DNA of 64,000 bases from an uncultured Candidatus Saccharibacteria bacterium (GCA_964477125.1 CAYZCZ010000001.1:43790-107789), one strand, 5' to 3'. Shown: positions 52,740-62,480, numbered from the stretch's first letter. The notes: a model not told the origin generated them from the sequence alone. Numbers and translations are program-made.

Positions 52740-52754
52740 CTTATAATTTATTGC

Positions 52755-53516
52755 TCATATGCTCAGCAAATATTTTGGTATTGGGTCGGTATTTACGTCC
52801 CCAATTATTATATCGGCTTCATCCTTAAGTTCTTGCACCGCATTATCTACAGCAACCTTAGTACCAACTGCATCAAAAATCTGTAGGTCATTATAGCCAT
52901 TTCCTATTCCAATAGTTTCAGTTCTTTCAATACCATTCTGTGTCTGAATTCTTTCAATAGCTTTCGTCTTACTAGCTTCTTTATGTGCAACTAAGACATC
53001 AACCCCATCAATACTATACCCGTTCATTTTTACCGCACGAACATCATCTAACTCATTGAAGTTATCAATTAGCTCGTTGGCACGCTCGTGGCTTAGCCCT
53101 ATAATGTCCATTAATAAACACGTTTCGCTTTTTAATAAACGATTAAGCTCCCAACCACCGTTTTCATAATCTTCCGCCTTATAATCATTAAATAATATCT
53201 TAGTTTCGGGATATTTACTTAGGATTGATTTGATTTTATTTAACTGGTAATTAGGTAAGTAAAATGATTCTGTAATTTGATAGGTGTATGGGTTCACAAT
53301 CATAGAACCACCACCCAAAATACATGGTGCAGTAAAATGTGCCGATTGAAGCACGGGTAAAGACCAACTATAAGACCTACCAGTCGCACAGCCAACTATA
53401 ATATCATCACGAATTTGCTGTACAGTATTTATAAATTTCAGGCTTGGTAACTGTTTAGTAGGGGAATCCAATAATGTTTGATCTAAATCTAAAATTACAA
53501 GCTTAGGTTTATTCAT
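52755..53516 (-). CDS. Cof-type HAD-IIB phosphatase
   Basis: LVILDLDQTLLD motif I, and GDGxND-like motif IV (IGIGNGYNDLQIF). Confidence 0.75.
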   Translation of the reverse strand: MNKPKLVILDLDQTLLDSPTKQLPSLKFINTVQQIRDDIIVGCATGRSYSWSLPVLQSAHFTAPCILGGGSMIVNPYTYQITESFYLPNYQLNKIKSILSKYPETKILFNDYKAEDYENGGWELNRLLKSETCLLMDIIGLSHERANELIDNFNELDDVRAVKMNGYSIDGVDVLVAHKEASKTKAIERIQTQNGIERTETIGIGNGYNDLQIFDAVGTKVAVDNAVQELKDEADIIIGDVNTDPIPKYLLSI

Positions 53517-53569
53517 TTGTAATAATTATACATATAGTCTAGCAAGATCATATATAATAATTTCTAAAT

Positions 53570-53611
53570 ATGAAAAATGGACATCCTTCTATCAGCAGAA
53601 TGTCCATTTTA
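53570..53611 (-). terminator. Rho-independent terminator at the 3' end of the ECF-sigma operon
   Basis: atggacat / atgtccat stem flanked by an A-run and a T-run, so it could act in both directions. Confidence 0.55.
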
Positions 53612-53627
53612 ATAACCTAGCTAATGG

Positions 53628-54089
53628 CTATCTATTTTGGCGACCGTATCCACCTTGGCCTTGCATTGTACCATCGTGTGTTGCAGTTGCATGACGATTA
53701 TTTTGCCATTCAACTCTTTTTTGAACTTCTTCGGCACTTAGGCCCTTAGCTTGCCAACGCGCTTTAGAGGCTTCAGTCATTTTAGCCTGATAATCGGCAG
53801 TGCTAATTTTCTTATCAGCAATAATTTTATCCATTGTCTTACTTTTTAGTGCTTCAGTTAGCTCAGCTGAAGACATGCCAACTGCTTTTGCTCGAGCATC
53901 TAAAGATGCCTGATAGCCACTACCCGCACCCATACCAGCTCCAGATCCATCATGTAAACCTACGCTACTTCCAGAACGAGCCTGTTGTTGCGCTGTCTGG
54001 GCATTTGCTACAAATGGAACAGCCGCAAAAGCTCCTATTACCGCAAAACCAGCTATGCTACCTAGTATTAATTTATTTTTCATACGCAA
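53628..54089 (-). CDS. secreted protein (signal peptide), unknown function, last gene of the sigma operon
   Basis: MRMKNKLILGSIAGFAVIGAFAAVPFVANA signal peptide, then a Gly/Ala/Gln-rich mature part. Confidence 0.5.
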   Translation of the reverse strand: MRMKNKLILGSIAGFAVIGAFAAVPFVANAQTAQQQARSGSSVGLHDGSGAGMGAGSGYQASLDARAKAVGMSSAELTEALKSKTMDKIIADKKISTADYQAKMTEASKARWQAKGLSAEEVQKRVEWQNNRHATATHDGTMQGQGGYGRQNR

Positions 54090-54143
54090 CTCCTATTCTT
54101 ATTATATTTGCATATATATTACAGTTGATCCTACAAAATTATT

Positions 54144-54650
54144 TCAATAATTATTTTGTAAATTATAGCCTCGGCCATTGCCAGGGCCATTTCGCTGTAC
54201 ACTACTATTACCTGAATGATTATTTTGTTTAGTATGGTGACCAATATTGGTATATGACAACCCTATACCAATAAACACTGAAACTATTAAAAATATTAAA
54301 ATAATTGTGCTGATTTTATACCTGTACAGTCGGCTATATTTACGTAATAACCAGAAGGCCATACCAGCTAGTAATAATGACAATACAACTGACCACCATG
54401 GAAATGTGGCTATTGTTTCACTAAGATTTTGTCGAGCACCATAAGCAGGGGTAGAAGCAGTTTGTATACGAATTAAAAACGTTAGTATGCTTATAAAGTA
54501 TGCAAATGCCAAACCAGCACCCAAACTTGCTACAATACCTAAAAGCCAAAGAAAAGTGAAAAATAGACGTGGCTTCATTCGGACAGAACCACTATGTATT
54601 TTATTCATTACCTCGGATTGTATTTCTGTTGTATTGCTCTTTTTAGTCAT
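54144..54650 (-). CDS. putative membrane anti-sigma factor
   Basis: Start overlaps the sigma-factor stop (ATGA). Cytoplasmic N-terminus, three TM helices, extracytoplasmic tail. Confidence 0.5.
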   Translation of the reverse strand: MTKKSNTTEIQSEVMNKIHSGSVRMKPRLFFTFLWLLGIVASLGAGLAFAYFISILTFLIRIQTASTPAYGARQNLSETIATFPWWSVVLSLLLAGMAFWLLRKYSRLYRYKISTIILIFLIVSVFIGIGLSYTNIGHHTKQNNHSGNSSVQRNGPGNGRGYNLQNNY

Positions 54651-55210
54651 CGCTTTAATCCTTTCTTCTCACAAATCCGCTTAAGCATACTTTTGCCCCT
54701 CGAAGCCCATACCCCAACAGTTGAAGCGGGTATATGCAATACATCTGCAATTTCGTTATATTTCATATTCTCATAATACTGAAGCATTAATACCTCGCGA
54801 TATTTAATATCTAGGCTATCCAAGCAGGCTTTCACATCTCCTTGTAATATTGCTGTATCAATATCTTGAATTGTGCTGGCCTCATAGGTTCCTTCGGCGA
54901 TCTCTTCGACATCTAATCCGCCAACAATATGTTTGTCACGCTTCACCGCATTCATTGCCTCGTTATGAGCTATACGATAAATCCATGAAGAAAATTTATA
55001 CTTTGCGTTAAAACCTTGTAAATTTTTGTAACATTTAATAAAGGTGTCTTGAACCACGTCGCTAGACATTGCCTCGTTGTGTATTAAGTAAATAACATAT
55101 CTCATAAGTCTGGGCTCATACCTATGCATAAGTTCAGCAAAAGCATCTACATCGCCATTGATTACTTTTAATACAATTTCTTCGTCTTTTGTATCGGACA
55201 ATTTATGCAT
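54647..55210 (-). CDS. ECF-type RNA polymerase sigma-70 family factor
   Basis: Region 2 (YIRLAHNEAMNAVKR-like) and region 4 HTH (YNEIADVLHIPASTVGVWASRG). Confidence 0.8.
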   Translation of the reverse strand: MHKLSDTKDEEIVLKVINGDVDAFAELMHRYEPRLMRYVIYLIHNEAMSSDVVQDTFIKCYKNLQGFNAKYKFSSWIYRIAHNEAMNAVKRDKHIVGGLDVEEIAEGTYEASTIQDIDTAILQGDVKACLDSLDIKYREVLMLQYYENMKYNEIADVLHIPASTVGVWASRGKSMLKRICEKKGLKR

Positions 55211-55219
55211 ATATATAGT

Positions 55220-55876
55220 TTAACGCGATAATTGCCTATTAAATGCAGATAGATGTTTTTTTGATCCACTTAACAATGATCCATAAACAGATTTTATATC
55301 TGTATCAGAACTGCTTAAGCTTGAAAGGGAACTATTTAAATTTGCAATATCCAGTTCTTCTATAGCTACTCCAACCTTGAGTGCATCAATGGAACTATTA
55401 TTGCCTTGGGCAATTAATTTATTGTATAAATCTTGTAGAGATTGATCTTTAAAGACGCCTGCAGATGCACTCCTTGGGTCAGATATATTTCTGCTTTGCA
55501 TAACGCTAAGTAACTGGTTCTGATGGTTTTGCTCACTATTTTGAATATTACTAAAAACTCGTGATCCCCATTTATCATATATAGCTACATAAACATCATG
55601 GGCTAGTTTTTCTTCTTCTATCATATATTCTAATGACCTAGAGCTTGTAGTTACATTTACTGGAGCAACAGTATTGGCGCTAGGTTCAGTAGGAGTAAAT
55701 TTTGTATCATTATTAATCCTTTGGCCACCATTACGCCCCTTGCCCTGGATATTTTGTGCAACCGTCTTGCTATCTTTTTGCACAATAATTAAGCCACCAA
55801 TAATAACTAACGTTGCAATAATGAATATAGACAATGCTTGATTCTTAGATATCCTTGTGATTTTAGCTAACTTCAT
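55220..55876 (-). CDS. ferritin-like DUF2202-type protein with an N-terminal membrane anchor
   Basis: MIEEEKLAHDVYVAIYDKWG motif typical of DUF2202. Start placed at the internal Met (MKLAKI) because of the AAAGG RBS 5 nt upstream; the track's 56017 start adds a low-complexity leader. Confidence 0.55.
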   Translation of the reverse strand: MKLAKITRISKNQALSIFIIATLVIIGGLIIVQKDSKTVAQNIQGKGRNGGQRINNDTKFTPTEPSANTVAPVNVTTSSRSLEYMIEEEKLAHDVYVAIYDKWGSRVFSNIQNSEQNHQNQLLSVMQSRNISDPRSASAGVFKDQSLQDLYNKLIAQGNNSSIDALKVGVAIEELDIANLNSSLSSLSSSDTDIKSVYGSLLSGSKKHLSAFNRQLSR

Positions 55877-56159
55877 ATATAAACCTTTCTGCTCATACTT
55901 GTAATACAACTTACGAATGTAATATATTTCAACAATATTAATCCAATAACTTTGATAGTTTAGCAAGGCAACTTTATTGCGTAAAAAAAGTATATTAATG
56001 AGCGAACAACTCCTCACTAATTAAGGTTGTGTTTTTGACCATGCTGATACCCCGCCAGAAACAATAGGCCTAAAATAGCAAGCTACTTTTTATTAAGACA
56101 AAAGGACTACAAAAACGATATTGAATGTTGATATACTAAAGCTGTAACTAAAGGAGGTC

Positions 56160-56495
56160 TTGGTGAATTGTCCAGTAGATAACGAACAGCTATTAATGTC
56201 AGATAAGCAAGGCGTAGAAATAGATTATTGTCCAAAATGTCGCGGAGTATGGTTGGATAGGGGGGAGCTAGATAAAATTATCGACAAAGCTAGTAGCCTA
56301 CCTGGCTCAGGTAGTGTATATCAACAACCAACCCCTAGCCAACAACCACCACAGTACAATAATTATCAGCAGCAGCGCTCCGAGCCTCAACCACAATACG
56401 ACCAAAGGCAATATTCTGATAAACACGATGATGATTATAAATACAAGAAAAAGAAGAAAAAAGAAAACTTTCTGGGCGATTTATTTGATTTCTAG
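56160..56495 (+). CDS. zinc-ribbon (zf-TFIIB-like) protein with a Q/P-rich tail and poly-Lys C-terminus
   Basis: CPxD...CPKCRGVWLD ribbon, then QQPTPSQQPPQYNNYQQQRSEPQPQYDQRQ and KKKKKKE. Start may be the GTG at 56163, after the AAGGAGG SD. Confidence 0.55.
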   Translation: MVNCPVDNEQLLMSDKQGVEIDYCPKCRGVWLDRGELDKIIDKASSLPGSGSVYQQPTPSQQPPQYNNYQQQRSEPQPQYDQRQYSDKHDDDYKYKKKKKKENFLGDLFDF

Positions 56496-56543
56496 CCTGC
56501 TATAATAAAACATAATAATATGGCTGAAACGAAAAATTATTAG

Positions 56544-57872
56544 GTGACAACTATTCTGCTATTCTGTTTATTTATATTTCTTGTTATTTTATGTGGCTTT
56601 TTTGTAGCTTCTGAATTTGCACTATTAACAGTTCAAAAACAAACAATACAAAAACAAGCCAATAGTGGTGATAAAAAAGCTAAAGGCGTGCTGACTGCAC
56701 TTTCTACCTTATCAACACAATTATCGGGCACACAAATTGGCATTACTGTATCTTCGCTCGCCATTGGTTTAATAAGCGAGCCATTGCTGGGGCCAATAAT
56801 TGAAGAGCTATTAAATTTTACAAATATTAGCGAAAAACAGGTTTCGTTCATTGCCGTTATTGTTGGGACAATTACGGCTACTGTCATTACAATGCTTTTC
56901 GGTGAATTAATACCTAAGAATATAGCAATAGCAAAACCAGTAGCAGTAGTAAAGTTTGTTCAGGGAAAACTACGTATTTTCAATAAAATTATGTATTTTC
57001 CAATAAAATTTCTTAAAAAAAGTGCAAATTTATTTTTAATACTAGTTGGTGTTAAGCCCAAAGACAAACTGGCATCGGCAAGATCGGCAGATGAATTAAT
57101 GTCAGTGGTTCGTCGCTCAGCCGAAATGGGCATGCTACCAAAACAAACTGCTTTGTTATTAGAAAGATCAATGCAATTCGACGACATGATAACTAAAGAT
57201 GTTATGACGCCCCTATTTAGAATAAAAACTATAAATAGCGATGAAAGTATTAACGATTTATTTAAACTTTCAAAAAAAACCGGACATTCTCGCTTCCCAG
57301 TCTATAAAAACAACGAAATTATTGGGCTAGTACACATTAAGCAAGCGCTATCTATTCCAAATGAAAAACGAACCATAACAGCAATAGAAAAAATATTAAC
57401 AAAACCAATTTTTATTCCTTCTGTGTTAAAGCTAGATTCATTATTACCCCTTCTGCAAAAAAGCAAATTTCAAACTGGTATAGTCATTGACGAATACGGC
57501 GACATAGACGGTATGGTAACCATTGAAGATCTTATAGAAGAACTAGTCGGAGAGGTGCATGACGAGCACGATCCAACAAGCAAAAGAGTAGTAAAGCTTA
57601 CAAAAAATAGTTGGCGACTTGCTGGCATATTACGCCTTGATGAAATAGCAATACAAACCGACATTTATTTGCCTGAAAACGAGGAATACGAAACTATAGG
57701 TGGCTTATTATTCGACAAGCTAGAACGTTTGCCAATTGTTAACGATCAAATAACTGTCGATGCTGTCAATCGAAGTGGGACTAAAATTATAGCAACACTA
57801 GCAGTACAGGCTATGGATAACCGCCGAGTTGATCAAGTTATTATGAAAATCAGGAAAGTGAACAATAAATAA
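56544..57872 (+). CDS. CNNM/CorC-family protein (DUF21 TM domain + CBS pair + CorC_HlyC domain)
   Basis: Four-TM DUF21 N-terminus, paired CBS, and a C-terminal transporter-associated domain (GTKIIATLAVQAM..). Confidence 0.8.
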   Translation: MTTILLFCLFIFLVILCGFFVASEFALLTVQKQTIQKQANSGDKKAKGVLTALSTLSTQLSGTQIGITVSSLAIGLISEPLLGPIIEELLNFTNISEKQVSFIAVIVGTITATVITMLFGELIPKNIAIAKPVAVVKFVQGKLRIFNKIMYFPIKFLKKSANLFLILVGVKPKDKLASARSADELMSVVRRSAEMGMLPKQTALLLERSMQFDDMITKDVMTPLFRIKTINSDESINDLFKLSKKTGHSRFPVYKNNEIIGLVHIKQALSIPNEKRTITAIEKILTKPIFIPSVLKLDSLLPLLQKSKFQTGIVIDEYGDIDGMVTIEDLIEELVGEVHDEHDPTSKRVVKLTKNSWRLAGILRLDEIAIQTDIYLPENEEYETIGGLLFDKLERLPIVNDQITVDAVNRSGTKIIATLAVQAMDNRRVDQVIMKIRKVNNK

Positions 57873-58909
57873 TGTCTATTGGTTTGGCTATTATTATTGG
57901 ATTTTTAGCCTTAGCTGGAAATGCTTTTTTTGTCGGCGCAGAATTCGGTTTGGTATCTGCTAGAAGGAGTAGTATAGAGAACCTTGCTAACAAAGGCTCC
58001 AAATATGCAAAGAAAACTTTATTTGCTATGGAAAATGTTTCAATAATGTTAACCACGGCTCAATTTGCAATAACATTATTTTCACTTATATTAGGTGCAG
58101 TTTCCGAACCTTTAATTGCCAACCTACTAGCAAAGCCTCTCGGTAATTTAGGCTTAAATAGTACAGGCGTGCACATTATTTCTATAGGTATGGCTCTTTC
58201 AATTATGACTTATATACACGTTGTTATAGGTGAAATGATTCCAAAATATTTAGCCATAGCACGGCCTGAAAAAACTGCAATAATGCTTGTCCCAGGGCTA
58301 GTGTTTGTATTTCAGTTGCTAAAACCAATAGTATTTGCACTTAATAGTTTTGCGAATGTATTTTTAAAAATGATTAAAGTTACTCCAAAAGACGAAATAA
58401 CAAGCGTGTACACTAGGGACGAAGTTGCAGGTTTTATATATGAATCAGCTAACGAAGGGCTAATAGACGATGAAGAAGTTGAATTATTAAAAGGAGCATT
58501 ACTACTAGATGAAGTTGCGCTCGAAAAAATACTTATAACCTTAGATAGTGTCATTGCAATTAACCCAAAAAGTACAGTTAAAGATATTCAATTATTAGTT
58601 AATAAATATGGCTTTTCGAGATATCCAGTAATTTACAACAATGAATGTACTGGCTATGTACACATTAAAGATTGTATTGATATAGACGAAAGCAACCTAA
58701 ATGAACCACTTAACAATAAATATATTAGACCATTGTCAAAAATTAGTACTAATGAATCTTTAAGAAGTGTTCTATCAAAAATGCAAAACGAGCGCTGTCA
58801 TCTTGGCTTAGTGTATAACAAAAATAAAGCAATCGGTGTAATTGCCCTTGAAGATGTACTAGAAATACTAGTTGGTACAATCCACGACCAAACTCATCGA
58901 AAGTTTTAA
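57872..58909 (+). CDS. CNNM/CorC-family paralog (DUF21 + CBS pair, no CorC_HlyC domain)
   Basis: Same N-terminal architecture, 345 aa, ending after the CBS pair. Its ATG overlaps the upstream stop (TAATG). Confidence 0.75.
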   Translation: MSIGLAIIIGFLALAGNAFFVGAEFGLVSARRSSIENLANKGSKYAKKTLFAMENVSIMLTTAQFAITLFSLILGAVSEPLIANLLAKPLGNLGLNSTGVHIISIGMALSIMTYIHVVIGEMIPKYLAIARPEKTAIMLVPGLVFVFQLLKPIVFALNSFANVFLKMIKVTPKDEITSVYTRDEVAGFIYESANEGLIDDEEVELLKGALLLDEVALEKILITLDSVIAINPKSTVKDIQLLVNKYGFSRYPVIYNNECTGYVHIKDCIDIDESNLNEPLNNKYIRPLSKISTNESLRSVLSKMQNERCHLGLVYNKNKAIGVIALEDVLEILVGTIHDQTHRKF

Positions 58910-59022
58910 AATTTATATTTTTGCTAATTATAACTTGCAATTCACATGCCTAAAGCAAATAAGTAGATGCGCGAAAATTATATTGATATTTATTGAAATG
59001 CTATTGTGATTTGTTTACAATC

Positions 59023-59358
59023 ATGGCTGTGAAGACAAATAAAAAGTATTTTATAATAGGACCAGTAATATTAATAGCAATAATTATTGTTTGCGCCGTT
59101 TTGTTTAGTAAAAATAGCCATAATAACGACATAAAAGACGACCCTCCGACTGGAAGGGTGAGTGAATGTCAACAATTTGCAAGTTCTTACATTGGCTTAA
59201 ATGAGCAAGATGCCATTACAACAGCCAATAAAGATAATCTTACATACCGGGTTACAGAACGTAACGGTGAAGGTTTGCCGTCAACTATGGATTATTCACC
59301 GAATAGGCTAAACTTTGCTGTAACAAACAATAAAATTGTATCTGCTAATTGCGGCTAA
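59023..59358 (+). CDS. peptidase inhibitor I78-like small secreted protein
   Basis: TM/signal anchor, then C...GLNEQDA...R...G...C pattern reminiscent of the I78 family. Start is probably MAVKTNKKYF. Confidence 0.45.
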   Translation: MAVKTNKKYFIIGPVILIAIIIVCAVLFSKNSHNNDIKDDPPTGRVSECQQFASSYIGLNEQDAITTANKDNLTYRVTERNGEGLPSTMDYSPNRLNFAVTNNKIVSANCG

Positions 59359-59408
59359 TAATATAAGCTTGGGCCTTAGCTTATAAAAAATTAGGATATT
59401 TTGTGATT

Positions 59409-60377
59409 TTAAAATTTTAAACTAAATTTATGCAAAACTGACTTTCGCAAGTGCCAAAAGGCGATATATCCTGGGAGTAATGGTATCCAGTAGCTTATTA
59501 ACCTATACAGCATAGTAACGCTAATTGCATCTACAGTACTTAGTCCCGCAATAGTTAAGCCGGCATATATTCCGGCTTCCGCGGAACCTAAGCCACCCGG
59601 AGTTGGTACCAATGATGCCATAATATTACCTGCCGTATATACTAACAACGCTTGGACCAGGGTTAAATCCACACCCAAAGCCTGCGCGCTTGCATATATT
59701 GCGAAGATTCCGGTAAATGTCCCCAGCCCGTTTAGTAATACCGCCAAGGCCAAGTCTTTTGGTCTATTTCTATAACTTTGTATATTACTTAACAGACTTT
59801 TTATAAAAGTATTAACTTTATTTTTTATAGAGGGTATTTGATATATTAAGAATATTAAAAATATGATCGCTATTATTATATAGATTATCTTATTTATATG
59901 TATGTTGTACGATTGAGTATCGACAATATCAAATGTAAATCCACTGATAACAAACCCAATTATTATTATAATAATGTAAGCTACTGCATTAGTAAGCCCA
60001 TTTGCTGCAATAACTGCCGTAGCTTGTGTAGCTGTATGCTTTTTTTGATTAAGGTAGTACATATTTAAAGCAACAGTACCTAATCCGCTAGGTAAAATTC
60101 TACTAACAAATAGTTCGGCGCATTCTACTTGCAAGGTTAGCTTAAACACTAGTTTATGCAAAGCTAATATAATATACTGCAATGTTAAGGCCAAAACTCC
60201 AGAAAAGAATACAACCAACCCCAATATAACCCACACAAGATCAGCATTTTTTAATGCTAATAAACTTGCTTTCAGTGCATCTATCTGCGGTATTAATACC
60301 CATAGGGCTAAAGTTAAGATTAAAGCTAGGATAATAAAGTTTTTGTATCGCTTAGCTAGGTTTTTAAAAGTTTGCAT
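59409..60377 (-). CDS. flippase-like / lysylphosphatidylglycerol-synthase TM-region family membrane protein (UPF0104)
   Basis: Eight TM helices with a conserved PTPGGLGSAEAG motif near the C-terminus. Confidence 0.5.
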   Translation of the reverse strand: MQTFKNLAKRYKNFIILALILTLALWVLIPQIDALKASLLALKNADLVWVILGLVVFFSGVLALTLQYIILALHKLVFKLTLQVECAELFVSRILPSGLGTVALNMYYLNQKKHTATQATAVIAANGLTNAVAYIIIIIIGFVISGFTFDIVDTQSYNIHINKIIYIIIAIIFLIFLIYQIPSIKNKVNTFIKSLLSNIQSYRNRPKDLALAVLLNGLGTFTGIFAIYASAQALGVDLTLVQALLVYTAGNIMASLVPTPGGLGSAEAGIYAGLTIAGLSTVDAISVTMLYRLISYWIPLLPGYIAFWHLRKSVLHKFSLKF

Positions 60378-60734
60378 ACATGCATAAGTATATACTTACA
60401 CTGAAGTTTTTGTGGCAAATTGAAAATACATTTGCCAAAAACACCCTTACGGGCTAAAGGGCGGGGAAGACAATACTTTGTCTTCCCGTTCGAATCCCAG
60501 CCAACGCTTGTCATGAAAAAAGCCGGACATAAAAGTCCGAATATTTTCTTGGCTAGGCATAATTGACGAAGTTAGAACTGCATTGGTTTCTTCCTAATTT
60601 AAAGATTAAATTGTTTATATGTATATTTGTTACATCTTTTTGTTACTAAATTGGTAATTTAATGAGTTGTTTTTGAAATAATTATCAGTGAATTGATGTA
60701 TTACAAATATGATAGAGAAAAATCGGTCTATTTA

Positions 60735-61934
60735 ATGAAACAAAAACGTCTATTTAAAGAAGCAATACGGAGTATTTGGTCGCAAAGAGCGCGATCTTTC
60801 TTAACTTCGCTTGGAATTATTATTGGGGCAGCTACTGTAATACTTGTAATAGATTTTGGCGAAGGAGCGAAGGCTGATATTGCAAAACAATTCTCCAATT
60901 TATCAGTTACTACAATATTTATCAACGCGCCATCAAATTCTGACGGCACTGAATCTAAGCTCAGCTACGAAGATTCAATTATAATTCGTGAAAAGGCAGA
61001 GAACATTTCTGGGGTTGCGCCAGTTCTAAGCGGAAAGGTATCAGTTGCATCAGAATCCGCTGCCGAACAAATCAATGTTGTGGGCACTAGCGTTGATTTT
61101 GCTAAACTTTCCAACTTAAGCTATAGCTCAGGTAATTTTTTCAGTTCTGAACAAGAAGAGTCGAAAAAAAGAGTAGTTGTTATAGGGTCTGGTGCAGCAG
61201 AGATATTGTTTGGTGATAATACAAGTAACGTTATTGGCCAAAAGGTTAACATCAATAAAAAAACTTACGAAGTAATTGGTGTTACGGCAGAAAAAGGTGG
61301 ATCTTTTGGGCCTATCAGTATAGACGATAGTGTTTTTATGCCATTTCTAACAGCAGAAAGATATGCACTTAATAGTGGGGGTAAAATGACTATCAATGCT
61401 TCTGCGACAGACCTAAAATCAATAGATATAGCAATGGACGAAATAACTACAATATTGCGCGATGAACACAACCTAGCTCCTGGATCGATAGATGATTTTA
61501 AGTTAAAAGATATGGGCAGTAATGTGGTCGCGGCCAAAGAATCAACTAAGACCATGACACTATTGCTAAGTGCAGTTGCAGCAATTGTACTACTAGTTGG
61601 CGGCATTGGCATTATGAATGTAATGTATATTAACGTTACAGAAAGAACGCGAGAGATAGGTCTCCGCAAAGCTTTGGGTGCTAAGAAAAAACAAATTATG
61701 TTGCAATTTTTGACTGAGGCTATCGTCATTTCATTAGTTGGTAGCTTAGTGGGCATAGCGCTTGGGCTTGCTCTTTATCCGCTAGCTGATCATTTTGGGA
61801 TGAAGGTTGCACATACCTGGTGGGGCGTATTTGTGGCGTTGGCATTTTCGTTGAGTATTGGGATCTTCTTTGGCTATAACCCAGCCAAGAAAGCTGCAAA
61901 TTTAAACCCAATAGAAGCACTAAGGTATGAATAG
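60735..61934 (+). CDS. MacB-like ABC transporter permease (FtsX domain with a large periplasmic domain)
   Basis: N-terminal TM helix, about 250-aa extracytoplasmic domain, C-terminal FtsX 3-TM bundle (ERTREIGLRKALGAKKKQI). Confidence 0.8.
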   Translation: MKQKRLFKEAIRSIWSQRARSFLTSLGIIIGAATVILVIDFGEGAKADIAKQFSNLSVTTIFINAPSNSDGTESKLSYEDSIIIREKAENISGVAPVLSGKVSVASESAAEQINVVGTSVDFAKLSNLSYSSGNFFSSEQEESKKRVVVIGSGAAEILFGDNTSNVIGQKVNINKKTYEVIGVTAEKGGSFGPISIDDSVFMPFLTAERYALNSGGKMTINASATDLKSIDIAMDEITTILRDEHNLAPGSIDDFKLKDMGSNVVAAKESTKTMTLLLSAVAAIVLLVGGIGIMNVMYINVTERTREIGLRKALGAKKKQIMLQFLTEAIVISLVGSLVGIALGLALYPLADHFGMKVAHTWWGVFVALAFSLSIGIFFGYNPAKKAANLNPIEALRYE

Positions 61935-61955
61935 TAAAAGAATAAGGAGTTACAA

Positions 61956-62480
61956 ATGAAGAAAATAATAATTATAGTATTAGTGGCAGTAGTTTTGGTT
62001 GCTGGTGGAATATTTGGATATATTGTAACTAGGCCAAAGAATATAACAGCAGCTAAGAACTCAACTAGCACGTCACCAACACCGGCTCAGGAACAGGGCC
62101 AACCAGCAAGATCTGCAGAAATAAAAGGAATCGTCAAATCAATAGAAGGTAATGAAATGCTTGTTGCGAATGAAATTGATTCAGTTGAGCTAACCCCAGA
62201 ACAACAAGCGGCTAAAAAAGCTGAAAGACAGGCTATGAGCCAGGAAGAAAGACAGGCGCTTAAAGCCCAAGAAACAGCCGTAGCAAAAATTGAAAATTCA
62301 AATATTATGATTCCTGTTGGTGTGCCAATCAAAAAAACTACCGGAGATGCAAGTGGAACGCTTGTCGGGTCTGAATTATCTGAGATCAAAGAAGGTAGCT
62401 ATGTATCAATATGGGTTGATAATTATAAAGCCAATAGTCAATCAGTTGTATTTGTAAAATTAAAGTCAACGGCAAACTAG
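61956..62480 (+). CDS. membrane-anchored secreted protein, unknown function (efflux operon)
   Basis: N-terminal TM anchor, then a soluble domain; sits between the permease and adaptor genes. Confidence 0.5.
   Translation: MKKIIIIVLVAVVLVAGGIFGYIVTRPKNITAAKNSTSTSPTPAQEQGQPARSAEIKGIVKSIEGNEMLVANEIDSVELTPEQQAAKKAERQAMSQEERQALKAQETAVAKIENSNIMIPVGVPIKKTTGDASGTLVGSELSEIKEGSYVSIWVDNYKANSQSVVFVKLKSTAN

Noticed and set aside
60470-60500. tRNA-like T-loop string cccGTTCGAATCCcagcc, suggesting a tRNA or tmRNA 3' end.
   Set aside because: The flanks cannot form a 5-bp T-stem, and no acceptor, D or anticodon arms can be built upstream. I treat it as part of an unknown structured element rather than as a tRNA.
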